Made by a program: the position numbers and the translations under genes. From positions 11,284,001-11,348,000 of the forward strand of contig OZ024753.1 in NCBI GenBank assembly GCA_964016885.1: 64,000 bases of DNA. Reading direction: 5' to 3'. The notes beneath the pieces were generated by a model. That model saw only the letters and a program-made list of their open reading frames with translations, searched no databases and was not told the origin of the DNA. Position 1 is the first letter of the stretch; each line of letters starts with the position of its first letter. Origin of the DNA: Eledone cirrhosa. Its lineage: Eukaryota. Of this stretch, positions 42,396-56,208 are shown piece by piece.

Positions 42396-42741
42396 AAATT
42401 AACTCTAAAATAGAGTTTTGAGACGTCAGTGTATCAGGATACTCAGGGAAGTAGGAAAACTCGGCACATGGAAGCTGTTAGAACAGCAGTGGCGAAGTGG
42501 CGTTGGGAAAATATTAACTGGAAGGACAAAGATCAGCGGCTAGATGTGAGTTGACTCGAAGGAAGGAAGATAGGAAGGAGGAAAAAAGAATGGATGAAAG
42601 CGAAGAAGTCTCAAACATTAAAATATGCCCTTCAGATCTCAACCTGCTGCAGTTTCGACGAATTAATGAGATTACAGCGGGGAATAGGAGGCTCGTAACA
42701 GAGAAATAAATATCTTCGTTCATATATTGTTTACGTTGAGA

Positions 42742-42818
<77 letters not shown>

Positions 42819-42825
42819 GAGAGAT

Positions 42826-42856
<31 letters not shown>

Positions 42857-43049
42857 ACGAAGGAAATGTGGTAAGGAACCAGGTGGACCATAACGCACCA
42901 AAGTACTCAATACTTGAGGTAGTAGAGTGGGTAATAGGAACCAGTAAGACCCCGACAGCTGAGCTCAAGCCGTTTCGACGGCTAATTCTGGAGTCCAGAA
43001 TTAGCCGTCGAAACGGCTTGAGCTCAGCTGTCGGGGTCTTACTGGTTCC

Positions 43050-43090
<41 letters not shown>

Positions 43091-43575
43091 GGGGGGATAT
43101 GGAGTGCGTCTGGTCGACTCTAAGTCTTCGCGAGGAATGAAGAATATTGGCGTCATTTGAGCTGACCGGTAGAACGGAGAGAGAGAGAGAGGGATGAATA
43201 AGGTGACAGTGGGAGGGAGAAAGATAGAGAGCAGTGAGAGAGAGGATGGAGAGAAAGAAAGAATGAATGAATGCACGGTGGATAGAGGAAGAAGGAAGAA
43301 AAGACAACTCACCTCAAGCATGGTATCAGTCCGAGTTAAAAGACTAAGGTAGCTTTTGAAGGTATAAACAAATTAACTCTAAAATAGAGTTTTGAGACGC
43401 CAGTTGATTAGGATTCTCAGGTAAGTGGGAAAACTCGGTGTAAGGACACTGTAAGAACAGCAGAACGCCGTCGAAGTGGCGTTGGGTAAAATATTACCTG
43501 GACAGACAGAGATCAGCGGATAGATGTGAGGTAACTCGAAGGAAGAGAAGATAGGAAGGAGGAAAAAGAATGTAT
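42391..43575 (-). repeat. two diverged copies of a ~200-bp dispersed element (42391-42595 and 43365-43575)
   Basis: taaacaaattaactctaaaatagagttttgagacg...gaagtggcgttggg.aaaatatta...gataggaaggagg shared. Confidence 0.8.
42856..43052 (-). mobile_element. family A element with perfect 119-bp palindrome containing the HHR 3' half
   Basis: Palindrome 42934-43052 centred at 42993; GAAA cggct-tgagctc-agctg TC ggggtc; other family A copies at 7126-7172, 28692-28741, 49385-49544, 59937-60009, 61957-62121 and 62991-63133. Confidence 0.82.
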
Positions 43576-43582
43576 GACAGTG

Positions 43583-43745
43583 AACATTCATTTCACGTTG
43601 TTCCAATACACTCAACTGAAAATGAGTACCAGCTATAGCTGGGAGTTCAACCCTACAATGGACTGGCGTCCTGTCCAAAGGAGGAGTCTTGTATTCCGTG
43701 TCACTTCACGCCTCGCAATCCGAGATAAACAACAACCTGATGTCC
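43583..43745 (+). mobile_element. SINE2 body (5'-truncated)
   Basis: tcatttcacgttg...aaatgagtaccagc...ccctacaatggactggcgtcctgtcc. Confidence 0.78.
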
Positions 43746-44027
43746 CTTCAGGTTTGAGACAACCTGTTAGACGTGTCTGGTATGTCTCTTTTATTGACAA
43801 TCAAAGAACATTTCACTCAGGTAAAATTCAAACTCAGAATGTATAGAAGAGGCAGACAAAAATGACTCAGATTCTGCTCATCGAATGATTTCGTTTACAC
43901 GACCCTTTAATCTATGTACACGAACGTTGCAAGTTTAACTGACGTCGCTACAACATTTAAATATAAATAAACTCTGAAGTTCTGTTTTTTAGTTTTGTAT
44001 GAATTCAAGTCAGAACCACCCCTACAG

Positions 44028-44075
<48 letters not shown>

Positions 44076-44160
44076 ATAAATTGTGTTCGTGTGCCTAGAC
44101 ATATAAATATATGCATATCACATACACACACACATATATATATATTTTTTTATATATATA

Positions 44161-44208
<48 letters not shown>

Positions 44209-44238
44209 TATTCATATATACATATTTATATATATATA

Positions 44239-44335
<97 letters not shown>

Positions 44336-44354
44336 ATATATATATATATATGTG

Positions 44355-44480
<126 letters not shown>

Positions 44481-44486
44481 TATATG

Positions 44487-44618
<132 letters not shown>

Positions 44619-45035
44619 ACACACACGTTTATACATTTATGCATATACACACATGCAAATATAATCTTTATTCATGTGTCATGTGGTGTTGGTGTGGGGG
44701 ATGAAGGGCTGGTTTGAAGTTAATTCATAGAAAAACGTATAGGAACTATATTTGCATTTTGATTATGGCTTAAATGTTTAGCCGACATCAGCATAAACTA
44801 CGTCATTTCTGTTCATAATGTGAATGTAATGATATAAAGTCCAGACATATCAGCCTGATTAACCATATAGATTATCTTTAAACATGATAATTTTATACCA
44901 TTAATAGCTATGTTAGTCTGTCTAAGGAGAGCTTTGATCCAAACCAATATCTATTTGAGTTGCTATGTGTGTTAGCATGGTATATGTACACATATACTGT
45001 AATAATATAGGGTTGTAAAATAATAGCAAATCAGT

Positions 45036-45120
<85 letters not shown>

Positions 45121-45224
45121 GAATGCTTACTTTTATGTGAATGTGTATTAGTATGATTTAAACAGTCGTACAGCAAAACAGATATTTAAGTATGTATATA
45201 TATATATATATGTATATATATATG

Positions 45225-45379
<155 letters not shown>

Positions 45380-46054
45380 TATGTAGATAAATCTACGTAT
45401 CTATGTATAGATATCTCTATGTGCGCATACATGTATGTATGTGTATGTATATCTGTATGCGTATGTACATTATATTATATGTATTATATTTTATTGTTTT
45501 TATTTTTTTATTTTTCATAATTTATAGATACATTTATATTAAGGTTGTCTGGTCTGACAGTCTAATACTGACCCATCCCCCCCCCTCCCACCTAATTTCT
45601 GTATCTTGATCTTGAAATGTGTATACCAGTGTGTTTATGTGAGTGACTTAATTTCTATTTGCTTATGATTTTATATCCACATATATAAATGTGAGTGGGG
45701 GAGTGTGTGTGTTTGTGTGTTCGTGGTTATGTGTATATTTATATATATACGCACATGTATGTGTGATTATACTGATATGTGTGAGTATGAAAAAAATATA
45801 TTTATATGCTTGACTCCATAAGTATCATTGCGTATCTTATCAGCGCATTAAGCTTACAGAGATATTAACCTTGAAATTTTTTATTTGCATCCATCTTTTT
45901 AGTATGCACATACAGATTATACACACATTATTGTAAAATGTGTGTGGGGTTTTACATGTATATACACACACCAAACTGCTTTTTAACCCTTTGTGTTTTC
46001 ATTGGTCAATTTTGAACTGATATTTTGAATTGTTGTTATTATCAATAAATATAC

Positions 46055-46209
46055 TTCATTATTTCTGAAGACGGCGTATATATGGGTTAGGTATGTATAT
46101 TTAATCTTGATAATTTGTATAATTTTGTATAATTTTGTACATAGATCTGTTAAATATGCATACCAATTATAACACATATATACCCTAGAAACGATCGTTA
46201 AATAGTGAA
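46055..46209 (+). ncRNA. type I hammerhead with ~115-nt stem II
   Basis: 10-bp stem I ttcattattt/aaatagtgaa; CTGAAGA 46065-46071; GAAA 46188-46191; cgatcg; UU. Confidence 0.8.
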
Positions 46210-46255
46210 CTTTTTTTGTTTAATATAAGGAATTGTTTGTTCATTATTTGTTTAA

Positions 46256-46326
<71 letters not shown>

Positions 46327-46398
46327 GAATGCTTACTTTTATGTGAATGTATATTAGTATGATTTAAACAGTCGTACAGCACAACAGATATTTAAGTA

Positions 46399-46441
<43 letters not shown>

Positions 46442-46599
46442 CGATATATCTGAGCGTCGTCATTGTGTCTGCATTTAAACTACATAAAACTTTATTTCAT
46501 ATATATAGGGTATAATCTATACTTTCAAATATATGCTAGCATAGTACCGGTCAAACCTGACGGGGTTTATCGTAAGAAAAATTAGTTTTTGTTTTCCCA

Positions 46600-47070
46600 T
46601 ATGTTACTGGGAGATTCGGGGAGCGGGGTCACGTTAGATTCCTCAAACACCCCATCCAGCCGAATCTGTTAGCAGCAACTGACTTCAATTCATCGGGCTG
46701 AATACCAGCCGTGTTAATTGATCGTAACCAAACGTCTTGCTCGGGTTCTACTGCTGGGTCTCCTTCCGGTTGGTTCTGCCCGTAACATCTGTTCAACGTT
46801 TCTTTCCAGACACATTCTCACCACATGTCCATAGTATCAGAGTTGTGATCTCTCAATTTGGAGAAGTAGTGGCTCTACTTGGAGTGACTCTCTGAACCCC
46901 GATCTTCACCCTCTGTCGAGTAACATTATTCCAATGACCCTTCAGAGGAACCCTATTTTGGCAGCTTGTTTTCACGATTGTATTGTTTTCGTCATTACTC
47001 AAGATTCATGACCATATGTAGGGTTTGACATGAATAAGGAATTGTATAGTTGCTAGAATTCTGAGTTCTT
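46600..47070 (-). pseudogene. decayed RTE-type LINE ORF2 C-terminus
   Basis: Minus strand: PTYGHES*VMT...AAKIGFL*RV...VEPLLLQIERSQL*YYGHVVRM...PTGRRPSSRTRARR. Confidence 0.82.
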
Positions 47071-47126
47071 GCTATTTCATTTTACATTTATTTTAAAGAA
47101 TTACAATAATGTTCTTCCACAGTACA

Positions 47127-48105
47127 ATAGAGAGGCGGTGAGAGTTGAACCGAGCTTGATAGAGAGGAGGTGAGAGTTGAACCGAGCTTGATAGAGAGGC
47201 GGTGAGAGTTGAACCGAGCTTGATAGAGAGGCGGTGAGAGTTGAACCGAGCTTGATAGAGAGGCGGTGAGAGTTGAACCGAGCTTGATAGAGAGGCGGTG
47301 AGAGTTGAACCGAGCTTGACAGAGAGGATTTGAGAGTTGAACCGAGCATGATAGAGAGGATTTGAGAGTTGAACCGAGCATGATAGAGAGGATTTGAGAG
47401 TTGAACCGAGCCTGATAGAGAGGAGGTGAGAGTTGAACCGAGCTTGATAGAGAGGATTTGAGAGTTGAACCGAGCATGATAGAGAGGATTTGAGAGTTGA
47501 ACCGAGCTTGATAGAGAGGATTTGAGAGTTGAACCGAGCATGATAGAGAGGATTTGAGAGTTGAACCGAGCATGATAGAGAGGATTTGAGAGTTGAACCG
47601 AGCCTGATAGAGAGGATTTGAGAGTTGAACCGAGCTTGATAGAGAGGATTTGAGAGTTGAACCGAGCATGATAGAGAGGATTTGAGAGTTGAACCGAGCA
47701 TGATAGAGAAGATTTGAGAGTTGAACCGAGCATGATAGAGAGGATTTGAGAGTTGAACCGAGGATGATAGAGAGGATTTGAGAGTTGAACCGAGCATGAT
47801 AGAAAGGATTTGAGAGTTGAACCGAGCATGATAGAGAGGATTTGAGAGTTGAATGAAGTATGATGGAGAGGAGGTGAGAGTTGAACGAAGTATGATAGAG
47901 AGGATTTGAGAGTTGAACCGTGTATGATAGAGAGGATTTGAGAGTTGAACCGAGCATGATAGAGGATTTGACAGTTGAACCGAGGATGATAGAGAGGATT
48001 TGAGAGTTGAACCGTGTATGATAGAGAGGAGGTGAGTGTTGAAACGTGTATGATAGAGAGGAGGTGTGAGTTGAACGGTGTATGATAGAGAGGAGGTGAG
48101 AGATG
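47127..48105. repeat. 32-bp minisatellite
   Basis: (gagagttgaaccgagc[a/t]tgatagagagga[tt/gg]t)n, about 30 copies. Confidence 0.96.
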
Positions 48106-48992
48106 AGGTGTGGGAGGGAGAGGGATGTCAGAAGATGAGAACTGGGTTATAAAATTTGCAATTTTCTGGAGGAAGACTGTCTTATGTCTATAAACAGCAA
48201 TCCCACCCTATTTGGATCCCAGCCAACAAAGTAAAGTGATGTAGTTAACACCACAAAGATTACTCTCCGCCATTTTCTACTGCCTGTTTACTGCTTTCAT
48301 ATTTTAATTATAATAAAATAATTAAATTTGTTTAAGCTTTTGAAATATAATTAATATTCTTTCAGGTTTTCCTTGTTCTTTCTTTATTCGTTTTAATTTT
48401 CTACCATAACGAAATCATGTATTGACTATTATTATATTTCTATAGCAAATGAAATTAAACAGGAAACTTTATGACAATCCTCTTATTAACAATATTGTTA
48501 TAAATTTTCAAAGAACAATGAATATTAACCTCTACTATCACATTTATTCTTCGTCTTAAGAACCACGTGGGCTATTTTTAGATGTAACATGTTTAGAATT
48601 TACACTACCCTCAATGATAAATTTCAAAAGTTGTGCAATAACATAGGAAAGCTTAAAAGAAAATACAATAAAGAAAAAATGTAATAAATCAAATAACGAA
48701 AATAATAAACAATAGAGAAATCCAATATTGTAAAATAAAATAATATAGAATCATCATGACAGTATAACCATTATTTCGATCCGAAAAAAAAGGAAAACTA
48801 TGACATTAGGAAGGAAGAATGAAGATTTATGATGTTTGGGTCAAAGTGATTTCTTATGTAATGTTATGTAAGCTTCCTGGTGACAGCCAAGACTTGCTTT
48901 ATTAACTTCTACAGTATAATATTAAAAATAGGACCAGTATAGTAACTAATTTCCGAAAAATACGTACAATATATTAAACAAAATAGTTGCAT

Positions 48993-49064
<72 letters not shown>

Positions 49065-49288
49065 CATTATTTACTTATATTTATATATAAGAAGCCGTAT
49101 AGCTAAAGAGATGTACCGGCGGGCATAATGTAGCCAGAGATATGGAAATATATAAATATATAAACAGAATTATGGCATATATATATCTATATATATATAT
49201 CTATATATATTGTTATACTTTCGGAGGGTCATGCTGCCAATTACACACGTTTTAAGTTAAAGAATCTTGCTAAATAAATTCAGAAACT

Positions 49289-49387
<99 letters not shown>

Positions 49388-49770
49388 AACATGTTTGACC
49401 CCGTCGGCAGACCTCAAGCCGTTTCGACGGCTATTTCCTGAGTCAGAAATAGCCGTCGAGTTAAAAAATACCCTACTACCCTAAGTATTGAGTACTCTGT
49501 TGCGTTATGGTCCATCTGGTTCCTTACCACAACTCCTTCGTTATATATATATATATATATATATATATTCCGCACTTATTTGACCACGAGACATAAGATT
49601 GTTTTTCCTCTTTCATCCTCTCTCTTCACTACTTTTTTCTTTTCTTTCCCTCATGGCATTTTGAACGATAAAAGGCCTTGGGCACGCTGCTGATCGATTT
49701 CGATGTCCTGTTTTAAGCGCCGAAACATGTATGATCACAGTTAAGAGCTGATGAAGGGTTTCTTCTCTTG

Positions 49771-49836
49771 TAAAGGGACGTAACTATGCTGGAAAGAATG
49801 GCGTCCGACCCTCTACCGATACTACCAATCCACCGT
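49771..49836 (-). mobile_element. SINE1 head fragment
   Basis: Reverse complement of ggtggattggtagtatcggtagagggtcggacgcc. Confidence 0.75.
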
Positions 49837-50032
49837 CCTTATAATATATTATAATATTAAATCCTAACATTTTTTTTAACACTACAAGTGAAGTCATTCT
49901 TTTCATTTTTTCCAAATATATATATATATATATATATATATAAGCAGCCGTATAGATACAGAGATATCGCGTTGGGCATAATGTAGTCAGTTATATCGAG
50001 ATATCGTATAGTTATATAAACATTATATGGTG

Positions 50033-50068
<36 letters not shown>

Positions 50069-50111
50069 GAGATAGATAGATAGATATATAGATAGATATA
50101 TAGATAGATAT

Positions 50112-50146
<35 letters not shown>

Positions 50147-50159
50147 TAGAGAGAGAGAG

Positions 50160-50260
<101 letters not shown>

Positions 50261-50569
50261 AAACTATATATAGAATATTTCCATTTTTTTTTCATTTCCT
50301 TTTTCCTCATAGTAAATTATATGAAAAATGATATCTTTGAATATATATTTTGTAATTAATCTGAAAATCTCCACTGAAACTAGGGTCCGCTCTTTAAAAC
50401 ATTAATCACGGTTATGGTATAGCATGGTTCCGTAACCCCCAATGGAGTCGTAGGTGTGCCGTATTGAAATACGGTGATATGGGGGCATTTCTAAAGCCTG
50501 GAGCTCTGAATACAGCAGATTTCTTCCAGAGAAGGATAGAAAGAGAAAAAGAGCTATCGAGGAATAATC

Positions 50570-50725
50570 GACCTTAGTACTAGACTGGTACCTTTTGTAT
50601 GGACCTCGAATGGATGAAGGATAAAGTTGACCTTGACAGGATTTGAATTCAGGGAGCAGAGACTTGAAACGAATATCACAAAACATTCTATCCAACATTG
50701 TAACAACTCTGCTAATCCGCCGCCT
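50570..50725 (-). mobile_element. old diverged SINE1
   Basis: actggtaccttttgtatggacc...aaagttgacctt...ggatttgaattcag. Confidence 0.6.
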
Positions 50726-51644
50726 TAATCAGGGGGTATAAAGCGTTGGATATCTCCATTAACAAGTAGAACAACTAGGGTTTCTATCGCCTAGGTAGAA
50801 GCTTTTCTGCAAAAGAAATCTTGTCTCCATGAAATTCATTATCAGACTCGATAAGACATTTAAATCCATGCGCTTATAACTCAAGTATTGATGTCTCATG
50901 ACTGGTTTCAATTCCTGAAATATATGTGCCCTTGATCTGTGTAGGAAAAGCTTGTGTAAAAGATGTCCTTCAGGGTGAAGACATATAATTTTCCAATTAA
51001 CAATCCACATGTTTTCTATGCATAAAACTGCTTTTAATAAAATCCATCAATTGCTTTCATTTGCGCTGGAATTCTCAAACTGAAACATTTTCTTCTTCAT
51101 CTCATAAATGCAATGAAAACATTTATCATAAACAATTATTTCATGAAATAAACTTGAAAGTATATCGTGACATGTCTTGGAAGACAACAAAAGCGCTCTG
51201 TATCTTTCTTCTACACAAACAATGCAGGTAAAATGATATAACATGAAAATATTTATTATTTGATTTCTAGCAAACAAATTTTCAACTAAACACACTTCAC
51301 TGAGAGAAGAGGCAATACTTGAAATTTAGATCAGTGTCAAGGAGTGATTAAAACACATACACACGTGTGTACTTCATACACACTGATACATACTCACACA
51401 CACTGACACAGAAGCACACACTGACACATACACGCACACAAGCACACATTCACATTCACATACACACACACAACCACACACTCACACATTAACCAACACA
51501 CACGCGAGCACACACTCACACACACACAAGCACACACTCATATACAAAAGCACACACTCACAAGTACACGCCACACGCTCAAGCGCGCGAGTAAACCATA
51601 CACAAAGAAAATGTGTGTTATTTAAGTAATAAATATTTGAGCTT

Positions 51645-51752
51645 TCCGCTCAGGATTGCGGTCGCGCTCTTGGCAGTGGAGACCTCTGGTGTCCTTGGCC
51701 CTAGGGCTACCTCCCCACTCACCACCATAGGCGTTGTGCTGGCCAGCCGCAG
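51645..51752 (+). pseudogene. possible RLE-type (CRE/R2-like) non-LTR retrotransposon fragment
   Basis: Reads LLAVETSGVLGPRATSPLTTIG, resembling the P-x-AVETxG-x-x-GP-x-A motif that follows the RLE domain. Confidence 0.4.
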
Positions 51753-52266
51753 GCGTGCTGTGTCAGTAATTTAAAGACCCTAAATCACACAAACTGGAAG
51801 TCTGTCGGTTGTGCTGTGTCAGTAATTTAAAGATCCTAAATCACACAAAGAAATATGTTAATGATGTATGTCTCTATAGAATGCTCAGCCACTTATTGTT
51901 ATGCTACATCCAATAAGCATAGTAGAGGTACGATAAATAGTTTACCTATCAAATATAATTATGTCGTTATATATTAGATTTATAGTTGCATTAAAAAAAA
52001 AACACCATTATTTTCCAAGAAAATACGTTTACCATTTTGTCCGCAGAGTGCAACAGAAACACCGCTTCTACTAAGGTGTAGAGTCTGTCACACCCTCCGC
52101 CTCCCCCTTTCTTTCTTTTGTCGACCAACAATCCTTGCTTTTCCTCTCCTTTTTCTCCTATTCATACCATTTATATCATTTTTTTTCTATATGTTAGTCG
52201 AATTAAATTCTTTATTGATTTTATGTAAAATAAAATCTTTACACATAAATAAATGTGTACACACAA

Positions 52267-52299
<33 letters not shown>

Positions 52300-52440
52300 A
52301 TTGGTGTGAGATGCTTAAAGCGTCCGTAAGCGGTATTCCGTTTATATGTATATATATATTTATATATATATACATTAATATACATTAATATATACATATA
52401 CGCACACACAGACATGCACACAAACACACACACACACACA

Positions 52441-52525
<85 letters not shown>

Positions 52526-53084
52526 ATGTGTTCCCACCACAGTAGACATACTGTGGTATTTTCTAACCTGTCAATTACTTGATTTCCTGCACAGACAAAT
52601 ACTTATTGCTAAATGTGAACTCTGTGTATATAAGTCTAGAAATTTCGCCGGAATCTTCAGGCGTTCTACCATGACTACTTATAAAAAGTATATTGAATTT
52701 TAAAAGTTCCGGAAAACGTGTCGCCAGATTGATTTTGGCAACCGATTCCATGCCGCTATTTATATTCATTTTCTTTAATTTAAAATGATGTATGATTCGA
52801 TAATAATTACATTAATAATTAGGATATTTATTCACCATTAACGCATAATTATTTCATTTGGTTGTGTAATTGGCATGTGAATTCTAATTTTTAATTAGCA
52901 TTAAATATCCTGATAATGATCAACACTATCATCACCATATTTCTTATAATTACAATTTGTTTTATAATTAATGTATAATTTTAATACTAAATTTAGTGGA
53001 ATTATTACTATTATTAATATATTGGAAGCAAGTTCTTTACTTAGGTTCAGTAAAGTATTGAGTTCCTTTCCGTGACCAACTATT

Positions 53085-53130
<46 letters not shown>

Positions 53131-53131
<1 letters not shown>

Positions 53132-53356
53132 TCTAAAGTCTGTCTTAAGCCAGAAGGCTCATTTGGCCAGTGTTTATCCCGGTTTCATGGTGTGAAGCAA
53201 CTGAAAGTACAAGACTTCCCCTGGACAGGACGCCAGTCCATCGCAGAGTTAAACCGCCAGCTATTGCTGGTATTGTGAAATGAAGTGTTTTGCTGAAGAA
53301 CAAAACACAACTCAGGAATCGAACCCACGACATTATGATCGTAAGTCCAACACCCT
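53131..53356 (-). mobile_element. SINE2
   Basis: Reverse complement of 61395-61673 with an internal deletion. Confidence 0.82.
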
Positions 53357-53496
53357 ATCAATCTATATATATGATATATATATATATATATAATATATAT
53401 ATAAATATATATATATAATATATATATAATATATATAATATATATATAAATATATAGAGAGATTACAATAATCAAAGTTCAGTTTAAATCATTTAT

Positions 53497-53545
53497 TTGC
53501 TTACAATTGTTTCCTCCAAACCGAGGTTTGGATTCTTCGGAGCAA
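53497..53545 (-). ncRNA. type I hammerhead (core CCGAAGA)
   Basis: Minus strand: ttgct CCGAAGA a tccaaacc-tc-ggtttgga g GAAA caattg TA agcaa. Confidence 0.75.
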
Positions 53546-53599
53546 CTATTTAGTGATCTATAACATACTTGACCTCCTTTTCAACACAATATAATATAT

Positions 53600-53677
<78 letters not shown>

Positions 53678-53830
53678 CAAAAGGGATATCCAAGAAAAAT
53701 TTGAACCGTTAAGGTATCTTTTCGTGGTTATGTCAACATTTATAAAACATACTTTGTATTTTGGTACCCTTGAAATATATATAATAGAATAAATATGGTT
53801 TTATAAATATAGTTTCCATTTATTTAATAT

Positions 53831-53908
<78 letters not shown>

Positions 53909-53912
<4 letters not shown>

Positions 53913-54430
53913 TAAAACATGTCTATAGACATGTATTGTGCTGTGCTTTCTAGCAAAAAACACCAGCCGTAAGCAACTACCACACCCCTTCCAACCTGAC
54001 CGCTGCTACGTCACGATTCTTAGCCATTTTTGAATGTATTCTTGGCGCGATCACTTTGGAAAATTTATTGTCTAGATTAGAGCAAACTCCTGAAGAGTCC
54101 GATGCTCGAGTTTCCGAAATTATTGGAAATCTCAAAATGCGGACGAAACCATGGTAGAGGTAAATAAATGTATTCTATTTTCTCCTAGTTTATTTTACAC
54201 CTAATTCTATTTAATTGACTGTATCTGCGATTACGCTGTCGAAATATTCGATAAATATTCCGTCGCAGCCGACGCGAAGGGCTAGTTTCGGTTATTTGTT
54301 GGAGATTTCTTCGTAGAAGCCTTATTCTTATAGCCTGGTCTATTCGATTTTTTATATAGTTAATTATGCTAATTGGGAGAGGAAATGGTATATATTTTAT
54401 CTGGTGATTCTATAGACATGTTTTATGATA
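53909..54430 (+). mobile_element. HHR-bearing (TA)n-embedded element bounded by a 21-bp inverted repeat
   Basis: atcataaaacatgtctataga ... tctatagacatgttttatgat. Confidence 0.7.
54087..54159 (+). ncRNA. type I hammerhead ribozyme
   Basis: ctc CTGAAGA gtccg...gagtttccga/tggaaatctc...cggac GAAA ccatgg TA gag. Confidence 0.85.
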
Positions 54431-55244
54431 TATAGCTCTGATTATTTAATTTATTAACTTTTCATTGAGCCACAAAGTATATGTAAAACAAGTATATGTA
54501 TGTATGTATATATATATATATATATATGTAAACCTTTATATATATATATATATATTATCAATGATGGTTGGCAAATCACTGATGAGGGACTAATTTTATA
54601 ATATGTAATCCATGTGCAACCATGCAGTATTCTTCTCCCCTTGTTTTTCATATATATTTACCTAAACTGCGATTATCTGTTTCTCTCTTTCTCTCTTACT
54701 GCTCCCCCGTTCTCTCTGTTTCTCTTACTTTCTTTCGTCCCCTCTGTCAGTTAACACTTTCTCTCGACTGACCTCTTCCTCGCACTTCCACTCACTCACT
54801 CTCTGTTTCTCCCCTTCTCACTTCCTCCCGTTCGCTAGTAGTGGGGTTCCTTCTTTCTCACACCGCATTCACGGCGTACGGTCTGCTACTCTGACCGCTC
54901 ATGAAATTCCCCCAGCTTATGCTGATCGGATAGCTACCATGTTGCTTGCTGTTTTTCCAACCTTCGGTTTGCTTTTCCTTCTGTTGTTTACTTGTCTCAC
55001 TCGCTTTACGCGTTTCACTTTCCCAATAGCTTATTTTAGTTATTGCTCGCACCAACCTGAGGTATCTGATTTTTAATGCGATGAAATACCAATGATGGTT
55101 GGCAAATCACTGACGAGGGACTAATTTTATAATATGTAATCCACGTGCAACCATGCAGTATTCTTCTCCCCTTGTTTTTCATATATATATATATATATAT
55201 ATATATGTATAAATAATTTTATAGACATGAAAGAAAAACTTCGA

Positions 55245-55545
55245 AATCATCATCATTATCATCATCCGGATGCCTCAGCGGAAATTGACTCAACAATTGA
55301 TGTCCACGGGGGTCTGTCGTTTCCTGCAGACGTCATGTCCTGATGACTTTGAGATAGGAGAGCTTCCGCACCCTGTTATTAATGATTGCTTGTGGTTGCC
55401 AAAGCACTAGTGGGGACATAACCTCATAGGTGGCACGATGGCAGTGGCCAGCAAATCGGGATAGGAGAGCTTGTGGCCCGTTGTGGTTTCCAAAGCACTA
55501 GTGGGGACACAACCTCAGAGATGGCACAATGGCATTGGCCAGAAA
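55245..55545 (-). pseudogene. LINE 3' end with (GAT)n tail
   Basis: Minus strand GHCHRATYEVMSPLVLWQP...RVRKLSYLKVI, then ggatgatgataatgatgatg; ~95-bp internal duplication. Confidence 0.5.
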
Positions 55546-55715
55546 AACTTACTCTCCTTTTACTCACAACACACACACACACACACATTGTTATACTGTA
55601 GGAGGGTCATGCTGCCAAGAAATGTTGCAAAACAAATTATATATATATATATAAATATATATATATATGTATATACGATATTAACAAATGGAAACTATAT
55701 TTATAAAACCATATT

Positions 55716-55780
55716 TATTTCTTTATACATATTTCAAGGACACCAAGTTAAATTATGGTGTGCTTTCATCAGATAAAATA
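55716..55780 (-). ncRNA. type I hammerhead (family B)
   Basis: tattttat CTGATGA aagcacacca-taatttaact-tggtgtcctt GAAA tatgta TA aagaaata. Confidence 0.72.
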
Positions 55781-55893
55781 TAATATAGATCAGTTTTATA
55801 AATAAATATTGACATACCCTTAAAGAATGCGACCATTTCTGTTGGAAGCTCCCGGATAGTTACTATCCGGGAGCTTCCACCAACACAGCACGC

Positions 55894-55969
<76 letters not shown>

Positions 55970-56009
55970 ATATATTATTTATTTACATAATAAACAACAC
56001 AATATACTT

Positions 56010-56081
56010 ATTCCATTACCAAAGGTTTCAGGAAACTAGACGATCTTAACAAAAACGTCCACCACGCTCATCAGATGAAAC
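56010..56081 (-). ncRNA. type I hammerhead
   Basis: gtttcat CTGATGA g...tggacg...cgtcta...cct GAAA cc-ttt-gg TA atggaat. Confidence 0.68.
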
Positions 56082-56105
56082 ACACACACTCACACACACA
56101 CACGC

Positions 56106-56208
<103 letters not shown>

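Noticed and set aside
47088-47957. Three overlapping 234-289 aa ORFs
   Set aside because: A 32-bp minisatellite with no stops on the minus strand; the unit length is not a multiple of 3.
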